A DNA stretch of 64,000 bases, from positions 7,328,001 to 7,392,000 of the forward strand of contig CP068257.2 of assembly GCA_009914755.4 (NCBI GenBank), given 5' to 3'. The stretch comes from the human T2T-CHM13v2.0 reference genome, Homo sapiens. Below the pieces are notes generated by a model that did no database searches, was not told the origin of the DNA, and saw only the letters and a program-made list of their open reading frames with translations. A program made the translations under genes and the position numbers. Position 1 is the stretch's first letter, and each line of letters starts with the position of its first letter. Shown here one piece after another: positions 16,301 through 31,400 of the stretch.

Positions 16301-19300
16301 ATGGAAGGCAGTGGAATTAACTGGAATGGAAAGGAATGCAATGGAATAGAATGGAATGGAAGGCATTGGAATCACCTGGAATGGAATGGAATGGGATGGA
16401 ATGGAATGGAATAGAATCATTCCTTGTGTAATGGAATGGAATGTAATGGAGTGGAATGTAATGGAATGGTGTGGAATGGAATGGAATGGAATGGAATGGA
16501 ATCAAACCAAATGCAATGTAAAGGAATGAAATGGAACGGAATGGAATGGAATGGAATTTAATGAAATGGAATGGAATCAACCAGAAGGGAATGGTATGGA
16601 ATGGAATGGAATGGAATGGAATGGAATGGAATCAAACCAAGTGGAATGGAATGGAATGGAATGCAACGGAATCAACCGGAATGGAATGGAATGGAAAGGA
16701 ATGGAATGGAATGGTATGAAATCAACCGAGTGTAATGGAACGGAATGTAATGGAAGGGAATGGAATCAACCCGAATGGAATGGAACTGAAAGGAATGGAA
16801 TGGAATGCAATGGAATCAACCCTAGTGGAATGCAAAGGAATGGAATGGAAAGGAATGGAATGGAACGGAATGGAACGGAACGTAATGGAATGGAATGGAG
16901 TGGAATCACCACCAATGGAATGAAATGGAATGGAATGGAATGCAATGGAATGGAATCTAATGGTATCAACCCGAGTGGAAGGGAATGGAATGGAATGGAA
17001 TGGAATGGAATGGAATGGAATGGAATGGAATAGTATGGAAACTACCCTGGTGGAATGGTATTGAATGGAATGGAATGGAAAGGAACGGAATAGAATAAAA
17101 TGGAAAGGAATGGAATGGAAGCAACCAGAGTGAAATGGAATGGAATGGAATGGAATGGATTGGAATGGAATGGAATGGGATGGAATGAAATCAACCCGAG
17201 AGGAATGGAATGGAATGCAAAGAATCAATTGGAGGGGAATGCAATGTAATTTAATGGAAAGAAATGGAATGGAATCAACCCGAGTGGAGTGGAATAAAAT
17301 GGAATGGAATGGAATGTAATCAACCCGAGTGTAACGGAGTGGAATGGAATGGAATGGAATCAAACCGAGTGGAATGGAATGGAATGGAATGGAATGGAAT
17401 GGAATGGTATGGAATCAACCCGAATGGAATAGTATGGAATGGAATGGAATGGAATGGAACGGAATGGAATGGAATAAAATGGAATAGAATGGAATGGAAT
17501 CAACCCAAGTGAAATGGAATGGAAAGGAATGGAATGGAATCAACCAGAGTGGAATGGAATGGAATGGAATGGAAGGGAATGGAATCTAAAGGAATCAACC
17601 TGAATGGAATGGAATGGAATGGAAACACCAGAGTGGAAAGAAGTGGAATGGAATCCAATGGAATGGAAATAAACCAACACGAGTGGAATGGAATGGAATG
17701 GGAAGGAATGGAATGCAATGGAATGCTATGGTGTGGAATGGAGTCAAACCGAGAGGAATATAATGGAATGGATTTTAATGGAATGGAATGGAATGCAATG
17801 GAACGGAATGGAATGGAATCAACCGTGTGTAATGGAATGGAATGGAATGGAAAGGAATGGAATGGAATGCAATGGAATGGAATGGAATGGAAAGGAATGG
17901 AATGGAATGGAATGGAATCTACTCGATTGGAATGAAATGGAATCAACCCGAGTGGAATGGAATGGAATGCAATAGAATGGAATGGAACGGTATGGAATGG
18001 AACAGAATGGAATGGAGTCACCTCGAGGGGAAAGGAATGGAATGGAATGGGAAGGAAAGGAATGCAATGGAATGCAATGGTATGGAATGGAGTCAAACCG
18101 AGAGGAATGATATAGAATGGAATTGAATTGAATGGAATGGAATGGAATGGAATGGAATCAACCGTGTGGAATGAAATGGAATGGAATGGAAAGGAATGGA
18201 ATGGAATGGAATGGAATGAAATGGAATGGAATGGAATGCAATGGAATCAACTCGATTGGAATGGAATGGAATGGAATGGAACGGTATGGAATGGAACAGA
18301 ATGGAATGGAGTCACCTCGAGGGGAAAGGAATGGAATGAAAAGGAATGGAATGGAATGGGAAGGAATGGAATGCAATGGAATGCAATGGTATGGAATGGA
18401 GTCAAACAGAGAGGAATGATATGGAATGGAATTGAATTGAATGGAATGGAATGGAATGGAATGGAATGGAATCAACCGTGTGGAATGAAATGGAATGGAA
18501 TGGAAAGGAATGGAATGGAATGGAATGGAATGGAATGGAATGGAATGGAATGGAATGGAATGAAATGGAATGGAATGGAATGCAATGGAATCAACTCGAT
18601 TGGAATGGAATGGAATGGAATAGAACGGTATGGAATGGAACAGAATGGAATGGAGTCACCTCGAGGGGAAAGGAATGGAATGAAAAGGAATGGAATGGAA
18701 AGGGAAGGAATGGAATGTAATGGAATGCAATGGTATGCAATGGAGTCAAACCGAGAGGAATGATATGGAATGGAATGGAATGGAATGGAATGGAATGGAA
18801 TGGAATCAAAAGTGTGGAATGGAATTTAATGGAATGGAATGGAATGGAATGGAATGAAATGGAATGGAATGGAATGCAATGGAATCAACTCGATTGGAAT
18901 GGAATGGAATGGAATGGAACGGAATCAACCTGAGTGGAATGGAATGGAATGGAGTGGAATGAATGGAATGCAATGGAAAGGAAACTAATGTAATGGAATT
19001 GAAACAACCCGACTGGAATGGAATGCAGTGGAATGGAATGGAATGGAATGGAATGAAATCAATCCGGTTTCAATGGAATGGAATGGAATGGAGTGGAATA
19101 GAATGGAATGGAGTGGAATGGACTGGAATGGAATGAAATGAAATGGAATGGAATGGAACGGAATATACCCGAATGGAATGTAATGGAATGGAAAGAAATG
19201 GAATCAACAAGCGTGGAATGCAATGGATTGGAATGGAATTGAATGGAATGGAACGGAATCAACACGAGTGGAATGGAATGGAATGGAATGGAAAGGAATG

Positions 19301-22300
19301 GAATGGAATGGAATGAAATGGAATGGAATCAACCCTAGTGGAATGCAATGGAACGGAAAGGAATGGAATGGAATGGAATAAAATGGATAGGAATGGAATG
19401 GCATCAACCCCAGTGAAATGCAATGGAATGGAATGCAATGGAACCAACACGAGTGGAATGGAATGCAATGCAATGGAACGGAATGGATTCAATCCAAGTG
19501 GAATGGAAAGGAATGGAATGGAATGGAATGGAATGGAATGGAATGGAATGGACTCAACTGGAATGGAATGGAATGGAATGGAATGGAATGGAATGGAATG
19601 AATGGAATCAACATGAGTGGAATGGAATGGAATGTAATGGAATGGAATGGAATGAATGGAATCAACATGAGCGGAATGGAATGGAATGGATTGGAATGGA
19701 ATGAAAATAATTGAATGGAATGTAAGCAACCTGAGCGGAATGGAATGCAAAGGAATTGAAAGGAATGAAAGGAATGGAATTAACTCGAGTGGAATGGAAA
19801 GGAATGGAATGGAATGGAATGGAATGGAATGGAATGGAATGGAATGGATTGGAATGGAAAGCAATTCAACGGAATGGATGCAACCAGAATGGAATGGAAT
19901 GGAATGGAATGGAATGGAATGGAATGGAATGGAATGGAATCATCCCGAGTGGAATGGAATGGTATTGAATGCAATGGAATGGAATGGAACAGAACGGAAA
20001 GGAATGGAATGGAATAGATGGATTACGAGAGGAATTGACTGGAGTGGAATGGATTGGAATGGAATGCAAGGGATTCAACCCAGTTGAATGTCATGGATTG
20101 GAAAGCACTGGAATGGAATGGAATGGAAAGTAGTGGAATGGAATGGAATGCAATCAACACGAATGGAATGGAACGGAAAGGAATGGAATGGAATGGAATG
20201 CAATGGAATGGAATGGAAACAACACGAATGGAATGGAACGGAACGGAATGGAATGGAATGATGTGGAATGGAATGGATTGGAATGAAATAAACACGAATA
20301 GAATGGAACGGAATGGAACGGAATGGAATGGAATGGAATGGAATGGAATGGAATGGCATGAAAAGGTAAGGAACGGAATGGAATTAACCCGAGTGGAACG
20401 GAATGGAATGGAAAGGAATCAACCCGAGTGGAATGAAATGGAATGTAATGAAATGGAATGGAGCGGAATCACCCTGAGTCTAATGCAATGGAATGGAACG
20501 GAATGGAGTGGAATGGAATGGAATGGAATGGAATGGAATAGAATGGAATCATCCCGAGTGGAATGGAATGGTATGCAATGCAATGGAATGGAATGGAACA
20601 GAAAGGAAAGGAATGGAATGGAATAGGTTGAATCTGAGAGGAATTGACTGGAGTGGAATTGATTGGAATGGAATGCAAGGGATTCAACCCAGTTGAATGT
20701 CATGGATTGGAAAGGAGTGGAATGGAATGGAATGGAAAGGAGTGGAATGGAATGGAATGCAATCAAAACGAATGGAATGGAACGGAACGGAATGGAATGG
20801 AATGGAATGGAATGGAATGGAATGGAATGGAAACAAAACGAATGGAATGGAACGGAACGGAATGGAAAGGAATGCTGTGGAATGGAATGGAATGGAATGA
20901 AATAAACACGAATAGAATGGAACGGAATGGAACGGAATGGAATGGAATGGAATCAACAGGAGGGGAATGGGATGGAATGGAATGGAATGGAATGGAATGG
21001 AATGGAATGGGATGGAATGGAATGGAATGGAATGGAATGGAATGGAACGGAATCACCCTGAGTGTAATGGAAGGGAATTGAATGGATTGGAATCAACGGG
21101 AGTGGAATGGAAAGGAATGGAATGGAATGGAAGGCAATGGAATTAACTGGAATGGAAAGGAATGGAATGGAATGGAATGGAATGGAATGGAATGAACGGA
21201 ATCAACCTCAGTGGAATGGAATGCAACGGAATGGAATGGAATAGAATGCAATGGAAAAGAATTGAATGGAATGGAAACACCCCGAGTGGAATGGAATGCA
21301 ATGGAATGCAATGGAATGGAATGGAATTGAAAGTAATGGAATTCAACGGAATGGAATTAACTCGAGTGGAATGGAATGGAATGGAATGGAATGAAATGGA
21401 ATGGAATGGAAACAAATTCAACGGAATGGAATAAAACAGAATGGAATGGAATGGAATGGAATGGAATGGAATGGAATGGAATGGTATCAACCCGTGTGAA
21501 ATGGAATGGAATGGATTGGAATGGAATCAACCTGAGTGGAATGGAATGGAATGGAAAGGAATGGAATGGAATCAACCTGACTGGAATGGAATGGCATGTA
21601 AAGGAAAGAATGGAATTGAATCGTATGGAATGGTATGGAGTCAACCCGAGTGGAATGGAATGGAATGGAATGGAATGGAATGGAATGGAATAGAATGGAA
21701 TGGAACGGAATCAACCTGAGAGGAATGGAATGGATTGAAATGGAATGGAATGGTATGGAATCAACCCGAGTGGAACAGAATGGAATGGAATGGAATGGAA
21801 TACAATGGTATGGAATCAATCGGAGAGGAATGGAATGCAATGGAATGGAATGGAATCAACCAGACTGGAATGGAACGGAATGGAATGGAATGGAATAGAA
21901 CGGAATGGAATGGAACGTAATGGAATGGAATGGAATCAACCCGAGTGGAATGGAATGGAACGGAATGCAATGGAATGGAATGGAATGGAACGGAACGGAA
22001 TTGAAAGGAATGGAATTGATTGAAACCGAATGGAATGGAATGGAATGGATTGGAAGGGAATGCAATGGAATGGAATAAACCCGAATGGAATGGAGTGGAG
22101 TGGAATGGAATGGAGTGGAAGGGAATGGAATGGAATGGAATTGAATGGAATGGAATCTACCCGAATGGAATGGAATTGCATGGAATGGAATGGAATGGAA
22201 TGGTATGGAATCAACCCGAGTGGATTGGTATGGAATGGAAATGAATGAAACGGAATTGAATGGAATAAAATGGAATGGAATGGAATGGAATCAACACGAG

Positions 22301-25300
22301 TGAAATGGAATGGAATGGTATCAACCCGAGTGGAATGTAATGAAATGGAATGGAAGGAAATGGAATGGAATGGAATCAACCCGAGTGGAAAGGAGTAAAA
22401 TGGAATGGAATGCAATCAAACCGAGTGAAATGGAATGGAATGCAATGCAATGGAATAGAATGGAATGGAAGGCATTGGAATCACCTGGAATGGAATGGAA
22501 TGGGATGGAATGGAATGGAATAGAATCATTCCTTGTGTAATGGAATGGAATGTAATGGAGTGGAATGTAATAGAATGGTGTGGAATGGAATGGAATGGAA
22601 TGGAATGGAATGGAATCAAACCAAATGCAATGTAAAGGAATGAAATGGAACGGAATGGAATGGAATGAAATTTAATGAAATGGAATGGAATCAACCAGAA
22701 GGGAATGGTATGGAATGGAATGGAATGGAATGGAATGGAATGGAATGGAATGGAATCAAACCAAGTGGAATGGAATGGAATGGAATGGAATGCAACGGAA
22801 TCAACCGGAGTGGAATGGAATGGAAAGGAATGGGATGGAATGGTATGGAATCAACCGAGTGTAATGGAACGGAATGTAATGGAAGGGAATGGAATCAACC
22901 CGAATGGAATGGAACTGAAAGGAATGGAATGGAATGCAATGGAATCAACCCTAATGGAATGCAAAGGAATGGAATGGAAAGGAATGGAATGGAACGGAAT
23001 GGAACGGAACGGAATGGAATGGAATGGAGTGGAATCACCACCAATGGAATGAAATGGAATGGAATGAAATGCAATTGAATGGAATTTAATGGTATCAACC
23101 CGAGTGGAAGGGAATGGAATGGAATGGAATGGAATGGAATAGTATGGAAACTACCCTGGTGGAATGGTATTGAATGGAATGGAATGGAAAGGAACGGAAT
23201 AGAATAAAATGGAAAGGAATGGAATGGAAGCAACCAGAGTGAAATGGAATGGAATTGAATGGAACGGAACGGAATGGAATGGAATGGAATGGAATGGAAT
23301 GGAATGGAATGGGATGGAATGGAATGGGATGGAATGAAATCAACCCGAGAGGAATGGAATGGAATGCAAAGAATCAATTGGAGGGGAATGCAATGTAATT
23401 TAATGGAATGAAATGGAATGGAATCAACCCGAGTGGACTAGAATAAAATGGAATGGAATGGAATGTAATCAACCCGAGTGTAACGGAGTGGAATGGAATG
23501 GAATGGAATCAAACCGAGTGGAATGGAATGGAATGGAATGGAATGGAATGGAATGGAATGGAATGGTATGGAAACAACCCGACTGGAATAGTATGGAATG
23601 GAATGGAATGGAAAGGAATGGAATGGAATAAAATGGAATAGAATGGAATGGAATCAACCCAAGTGAAATGGAAAGGAAAGGAATGGAATGGAATCAACCA
23701 GAATGGAATGGAATGGAATGGAATGGAATGGAATGGAATGGAATGCAAGGGAATGGAATCTAAAGGAATCAACCTGAGTGGAATGGAATGGAATGGAATG
23801 GAATGGAAACACCCAAGTGGAAAGAAATGGAATCGAATCCAATGGAATGGAAATGAACCAACACGAGTGGAATGGAATGGAATGGGAAGGAATGGAATGC
23901 AATGGAATGCTATGGTGTGGAATGGAGTCAAACCAAGAGGAATATAATGGAATGGATTTTAATGGAATGGAATGGAATGCAATGGAATGGAATGGAATGG
24001 AATCAACCGTGTGGAATGGAATGGAATGGAATGGAAAGGAAAGGAATGGAATGGAATGGAATGGAATGGAAAGGAATGGAATGGAATGGAATGGAATGGA
24101 ATGGAATCTACTCGATTGGAATGGAATGGAATCAACCCGAGTGGAATGGAATGGAATGCAATGGAATGGAATGGAACGGTATGGAATGGAACAGAATGGA
24201 ATGGAGTCCCCTCGAGGGGAAAGGAGTGGAATGAAAAGGAATGGAATGGAATGGGAAGGAATGGAATGCAATGGAATGCAATGGTATGGAATGGAGTCAA
24301 ACCGAGAGGAATGATATGGAATGGAATTGAATGGAATGGAATGGAATGGAATGGAATGGAATAGAATGGAATGGAAACAACCGTGTGGAATGAAATGGAA
24401 TGGAATGGAAAAGAATGGAATGGAATGGAATGGAATGGAATGAAATGGAATGGAATGGAATGCAATGGAATCAACTCGATTGGAATGGAATGGAATGGAA
24501 TGGAATGGAACGGAATCAACCTGAGTGGAATGGAATGGAATGGAGTGGAATGAATGGAATGCAATGGAAAGGAAACTAATGTAATGGAATTGAAACAACC
24601 CGAGTGGAATGGAATGCAGTTTAATGGAATGGAATAGAATGGAATGGAATGGAATCAATCCGGTTTGAATGGAATGGAATGGAATGGAGTGGAATAGAAT
24701 GGAATGGAGGGGAATGGACTGGAATGGAATGAAATGAAATGGAATGGAATGGAACGGAATATACCCGAATGGAATGTAACGGAATGGAAAGAAATGGAAT
24801 CAACAAGAGTGGAATGCAATGGATTGGAATGGAATTGTATGGAATGGAACGGAATCAACACGAGTGGAATGGAATGGAATGGAATGGAAAGGAATGGAAT
24901 GGAATGGAATGGAATGGAATGAAATGGAATGGAATCAACCCTAGTGGAATGCAATGGAATGGAAAGGAATGGAATGGAATGGAATGGAATGGAATGGAAT
25001 GGAATGGAATGGAATGGAATAAAATGGATTGGAATGTAATGGCATCAACCCCAGTGAAATGGAATGGAATGGAATGCAATGGAACCAACCCGAGTGGAAT
25101 GGAATGCAATGCAATGCAACGGAATGGATTCAACCCAAGAGGAATGGAAAGGAATGGAATGGAATGGAATGGAATGGAATGGAATGCAATGGACTCAACT
25201 GGAATGGAATGGAATGGAATGGAATGGAATGGAATGAATGGAATCAACATCAGTGGAATGGAATGGAATGTAATGGAATGGAATGAATGGAATCAACGTG

Positions 25301-25400
25301 AGTGGAATGGAATGTAATGTAATGGAATGGAATGAAAATAATTGAATGGAATTTAAGCAACCTGAGCGGAATGGAATGCAAAGGAATTGAAAGGAATGAA
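16300..25400 (+). repeat. HSat3-like divergent subfamily, block B; ~6.1 kb periodicity with an internal ~320-bp tandem sub-repeat
   Basis: The GGAAT background carries block-specific variants: CAACCGTGTGGAATG, AATCAACTCGATTGG and GGAGTCACCTCGAGGGGAAAGG. The last appears at 18011, 18301, 18651 and 24197. Segments recur at +6100 to +6180: 16317–16580 vs 22416–22694, 16735 vs ~22865, 17264 vs 23413, and 17519 vs 23778. A ~320-bp unit is triplicated across ~17940–18760; ORF 18132–18419 corresponds to the repeat starting at 18451. Confidence 0.8.
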
Positions 25401-28400
25401 ATGGAAAGCAATGGAATTCAAAGGAATGGAATTAACTCGAGAGGAATGGAAAGGAATGGAATGGAATGGAATGGAATGGATTGGACTGGAAAGAAATTCA
25501 ACGGAATGGATTCAACCAGAATGGAATGGAATGGAATGGAATGGAATGCGATGGACTGGATTGGAATGGAATGGATTGGAATCAACTCGAGTTGAATGGA
25601 ATGGAATGGAATGGAATGGAATGGAAGGGAATGGAATGGAATGGAATGGAATCAACTGGAATGGAATGAATGGAATGGAATGGAATGGAAATGAATGGAA
25701 TGGAATGGAATCAACTAGAATGGAATGGAATGGAATGGAATGGAATGGAATGGAAAGCAATGGAATGGAATCAACCCGCATGGAATGGAATGGAATGGAA
25801 TGGTATCAAATGGAATGGAATGGAAAGGAATGGAATAGAATGGAATGGATTGGAATGGAATGGAATGGAATCAACCCGAGAGGAATGGAATGGAATGGAA
25901 CAGTGTTATCCCGAGTGGAATTAAATGGAATGGAATCAACCCGAGTGCAATGGAATGGAATGGAATGGAATGGAATGGATAGGAATGGAAAGGAATGGAA
26001 TGGAATGGAATGGAATGGAATGGAATGAACTGGAATGGAATGGAATGGAATGAAATCAAACAGAGTGGAATGGAATGGAATGGAAAAGAATGGAATCAAC
26101 TGGAATGGAATGAATTGGAATGGAATGGAATGGAATGAAATGGAATGGAATGGAATCAACCCGAGTGGAATGCAAAGGAATGGAAAGGAATGGAATGGAA
26201 TGGAATGCAATCAACCCTAGTGGAAATGAATGGAATGGCATCGAATGCAGTGGAATCAACTAGAATGGAATGGAATAGAATGGAATGGAATGGAACGGAA
26301 TCAACCTCTGTGGAATGGAATGGAATGGAATGGAATGAATGGAATGCAATGAATGGAAACTAATGGAATTGAATAGAAACAACGCCAGAGGAAGGGAATG
26401 CTTGTAATGCAATGGAATGGAATGGAATGGAATGGAATGGAATTCAACATAATGGAAGCAAACCAAGTGCAATGGAATGGAATGGAAAGCACTGAAATGT
26501 CATGGAATGGATTGGAATCAACCAGATTCCATTGCAATGGAATGGAATGGAACGGAAGGGAATGGAATGGGATGGAAAGGAATGGAATGAACTGGAATGG
26601 AATGGAATGGAAAGGAACGGAATATAATTGAATGGAATGGAATGGAATCAATCCAAGTGGAGTGGAATGGAATGGAACGGAAATGAATGGAATGGAATGG
26701 AACGTAATGGAATTAACTCGAGGTGAATGGAATGGAATGGGATGGAATGGAATGGAATCATCCCCAGTGAAAAGGAATGGAAAGGAATGGAATGGGATGG
26801 AATGGAATGGAATCATCCCCAGTGAAAAGGAATGGAAAGGAATGCAATGGAATGGAAAGGAATGCATTGGAATCAACTACAATTGAATGGAATGGAATGG
26901 AATGCATTGGAATCAACTGGAATGGAATGGAATGGAATGGAATGCATTGGAATCAACTGGAATAGAATGGAATGGAATGGAATGGAATGGAATGGAAAGG
27001 AACGGAATATAATTGAATGGAATGGAATGGAATCAATCCAAGTGGAGTGGAATGGAATGGAACGGAAATGAATGGAATGGAATGGAACGTAATGGAATTA
27101 ACTCGAGGTGAATGGAATGGAATGGGATGGAATGGAATGGAATCATCCCCAGTGAAAAGGAATGGAAAGGAATGGAATGGGATGGAATGGAATGGAATAA
27201 TCCCCAGTGAAAAGGAATGGAAAGGAATGCAATGGAATGGAATGGAATGCATTGGAATCAACTAGAATTGAATGGAATGGAATGGAATGCATTGGAATCA
27301 ACTGGAATGGAATGGAATGGAATGGAATGCATTGGAATCAACTGGAATAGAATGGAATGGAATGCAATGGAATGGAATGGAATGGAATGGAATGGAATGG
27401 AATGGAACGAAATCAATCCGGGTTGAATGGAATGGAATGGAATGGAGTGGAATGGAACACAATGGAGTGGAATGGAATGGAATGGAAAAGAATGGAGTCA
27501 AACCGAATGGAATGGAATGGAATGGTATGGAATGGAATGGAATGGAATGGAATGGAATGGAATGCAACGGAATGCTATGGAATCAACCCGAGTGGAATGG
27601 AAATGAATGGAATGGAATGGATTCAACCAAGTGGAATGGAATGGAATGGAATGCAACGGAATCAACCCAAGTGGAATGGAATGGAAAGGAATGGAATGGA
27701 AAGGAATGGAATGGAATGGAATGGAAAGGAATGGAAAGGAATCAACCAAAGAGGAAAGGAATGGAATGGAATCAACCCTTGTGTAAAGGAATGGAATGGA
27801 ATTGAAAGTAATGGAATGGAATAGTATAGAATCAAACGGAGTGGAATGGTATGGAATGGAATGGAATGGAACGGAATGGACTGGAATAAAATGGAATGGA
27901 ATGGAATGGAATCAACCCCACGGAAATAGAATGGAATATAATGGAATGGAATAAACCCGAGTAGAATAGAATGGAATGGAATGGAATGGAATGGAATGGA
28001 ATGAAATGGAATGTCATGGAATGGAATGCAATGGAATGTCATGGAATGGAATGGAATGGAATGGAATTAACCAGAGTGGAATGGAACTGAATGGAATGGA
28101 ATGGAATGGGATGCAATGGAATGGAATGGAATGGAATGGAATGGAATCAACCCGAGTGTAATGGAACGGAATGGAATGGAATGGAATGGAATGGAATGGA
28201 ATGGAATGGAATGGAATGGAATGGAATGGAAAGGAATGGCATGGAATGGAATGGAATGCAATCTGCCTGAGTGGAATGGAATGTAATGGAATGCAATGGA
28301 ATGGAATGGAAAGTAATGGAACGGAAAAGAATGGATTGGAATAAAATGGAATGAACCTGAATGGAATGGAAGGAATGAACGCGAATGGAATGGAATTGAA

Positions 28401-31400
28401 TGGAACGGATTGGAATGGAATGGAATGGAATGGAATCAAACCAAGTGGAAAGGAATGGAATGGAATGGAGTGGAATGGAAAGGAATTGAATGGAATGGAA
28501 TAGAATGGAATGGAATGGAATGGAATCAATCGGAATGGAATGGAATGGAATGGAATGGAAAGGAATGGAATGCTATGGAATCAACCCGAGTGTAATGTAA
28601 ATGAATGGAATGGAATGGAATGGAATTGAAAGGAATGGAATGGAATGGAATAGAATGGAATCAACCAGAATGGGATGGAAAGGAATGGAATGGAATGGAA
28701 TGGAATGCTATGGAATCAACCCGAGTGTAATGGAAATGAAAGGAATGGAATGGAATGGAAAGGAATGGAATGGAATGGAATCAACCCAAGTGCAATGGAA
28801 TGGAATAGAATGCAAAGGAATCAACCCGAGTGGAATAGAATAGAAAGGCATGCAATGGAATGGAATGGAAAGCAACAGAATGGAATCAACCCGACTGCAA
28901 TGGAATGGAATGGAAAGGAATGAAGGGAATGGAATGGAATTGAAAGGTATGGAATCAACCCGAATGGAATGGAATGGAATGGAATGGATTGGAGTGGAAT
29001 GGAGTGGAATGGAAAGCAATGCAATGGAATGGAATGGATTAGAATGGAATGGAAAGGAATGGAATTGAATGGCATGGAATGAACCCGAATTCAATGGAAT
29101 GGAATGGAATGGAATGGAATGGAATGGAATGGAATAGAATCAAATCGAGTGGAATGGAATGTAATGGAATTGGGTGGAATGGAATGGAATTGAATGGAAT
29201 GGAATGGAATGGAATGGAATGGAAGGGAATGGAATGGAATGGAATGTAATCAACTGGAATGGAATGAATGGAATGGAATGGAATGGAAATGAATGGAATG
29301 GAATGGAATCAACTAGAATGGAATGGAATGGAATGGAATGGAATGGAAAGCAATGGAATGGAATCAACCCGCATGGAATGGAATGGAATGGAATGGTATC
29401 AAATGGAATGGAATGGAATGGAATGGAATAGAATGGAATGGATTGGAATGGAATGGAATGGAATCAACCCGAGAGGAATGGAATGGAATGGAACAGTGTT
29501 ATCCCGAGTGGAATTAAATGGAATGGAATCAACCCGAGTGCAATGGAATGGAATGGAATGGAATGGAATGGATAGGAATGGAAAGGAATGGAATGGAATG
29601 GAATGGAATGGAATGGAATGGAATGGAATGAACTGGAATGGAATGGAATGGAATGAAATCAAACAGAGTGGAATGGAATGGAATGGAAAAGAATGGAATC
29701 AACTGGAATGGAATGAATTGGAATGGAATGGAATGGAATGAAATGGAATGGAATGGAATCAACCCGAGTGGAATGCAAAGGAATGGAAAGGAATGGAATG
29801 GAATGGAATGCAATCAACCCTAGTGGAAAGGAATGGAATGGCATCGAATGCAGTGGAATCAACTAGAATGGAATGGAATAGAATGGAATGGAATGGAACG
29901 GAATCAACCTCTGTGGAATGGAATGGAATGGAATGGAATGAATGGAATGCAATGAATGGAAACTAATGGAATTGAATAGAAACAACGCCAGAGGAAGGGA
30001 ATGCTTATAATGCAATGGAATGGAATGGAATGGAATGGAATTCAACATAATGGAAACAAACCAAGTGCAATGGAATGGAATGGAAAGCACTGAAATGTAA
30101 TGGAATGGATTGGAATCAACCAGATTCCATTGCAATGGAATGGAATGGAACGGAAGGGAATGGAATGGGATGGAAAGGAATGGAATGAACTGGAATGGAA
30201 TGGAATGGAAAGGAACGGAATATAATTGAATGGAATGGAATGGAATCAATCCAAGTGGAGTGGAATGGAATGGAACGGAAATGAATGGAATGGAATGGAA
30301 CGTAATGGAATTAACTCGAGGTGAATGGAATGGAATGGGATGGAATGGAATGGAATCATCCCCAGTGAAAAGGAATGGAAAGGAATGGAATGGGATGGAA
30401 TGGAATGGAATCATCCCCAGTGAAAAGGAATGGAAAGGAATGCAATGGAATGGAAAGGAATGCATTGGAATCAACTACAATTGAATGGAATGGAATGGAA
30501 TGCATTGGAATCAACTGGAATGGAATGGAATGGAATGGAATGCATTGGAATCAACTGGAATAGAATGGAATGGAATGGAATGGAATGGAAAGGAACGGAA
30601 TATAATTGAATGGAATGGAATGGAATCAATCCAAGTGGAGTGGAATGGAATGGAACGGAAATGAATGGAATGGAATGGAACGTAATGGAATTAACTCGAG
30701 GTGAATGGAATGGAATGGGATGGAATGGAATGGAATCATCCCCAGTGAAAAGGAATGGAAAGGAATGGAATGGGATGGAATGGAATGGAATAATCCCCAG
30801 TGAAAAGGAATGGAAAGGAATGCAATGGAATGGAATGGAATGCATTGGAATCAACTAGAATTGAATGGAATGGAATGGAATGCATTGGAATCAACTGGAA
30901 TGGAATGGAATGGAATGGAATGCATTGGAATCAACTGGAATAGAATGGAATGGAATGCAATGGAATGGAATGGAATGGAATGGAATGGAATGGAATGGAA
31001 TGGAACGAAATCAATCCGGGTTGAATGGAATGGAATGGAATGGAGTGGAATGGAACACAACGGAGTGGAATGGAATGGAATGGAAAAGAATGGAGTCAAA
31101 CCGAATGGAATGGAATGGAATGGTATGGAATGGAATGGAATGGAATGTAATGGAATGGAATGGAATGCAACGGAATGCTATGGAATCAACCCGAGTGGAA
31201 TGGAAATGAATGGAATGGAATGGATTCAACCAAGTGGAATGGAATGGAATGGAATGCAACGGAATCAACCCAAGTGGAATGGAATGGAAAGGAATGGAAT
31301 GGAAAGGAATGGAATGGAATGGAATGGAAAGGAATGGAAAGGAATCAACCAAAGAGGAAAGGAATGGAATGGAATCAACCCTTGTGTAAAGGAATGGAAT

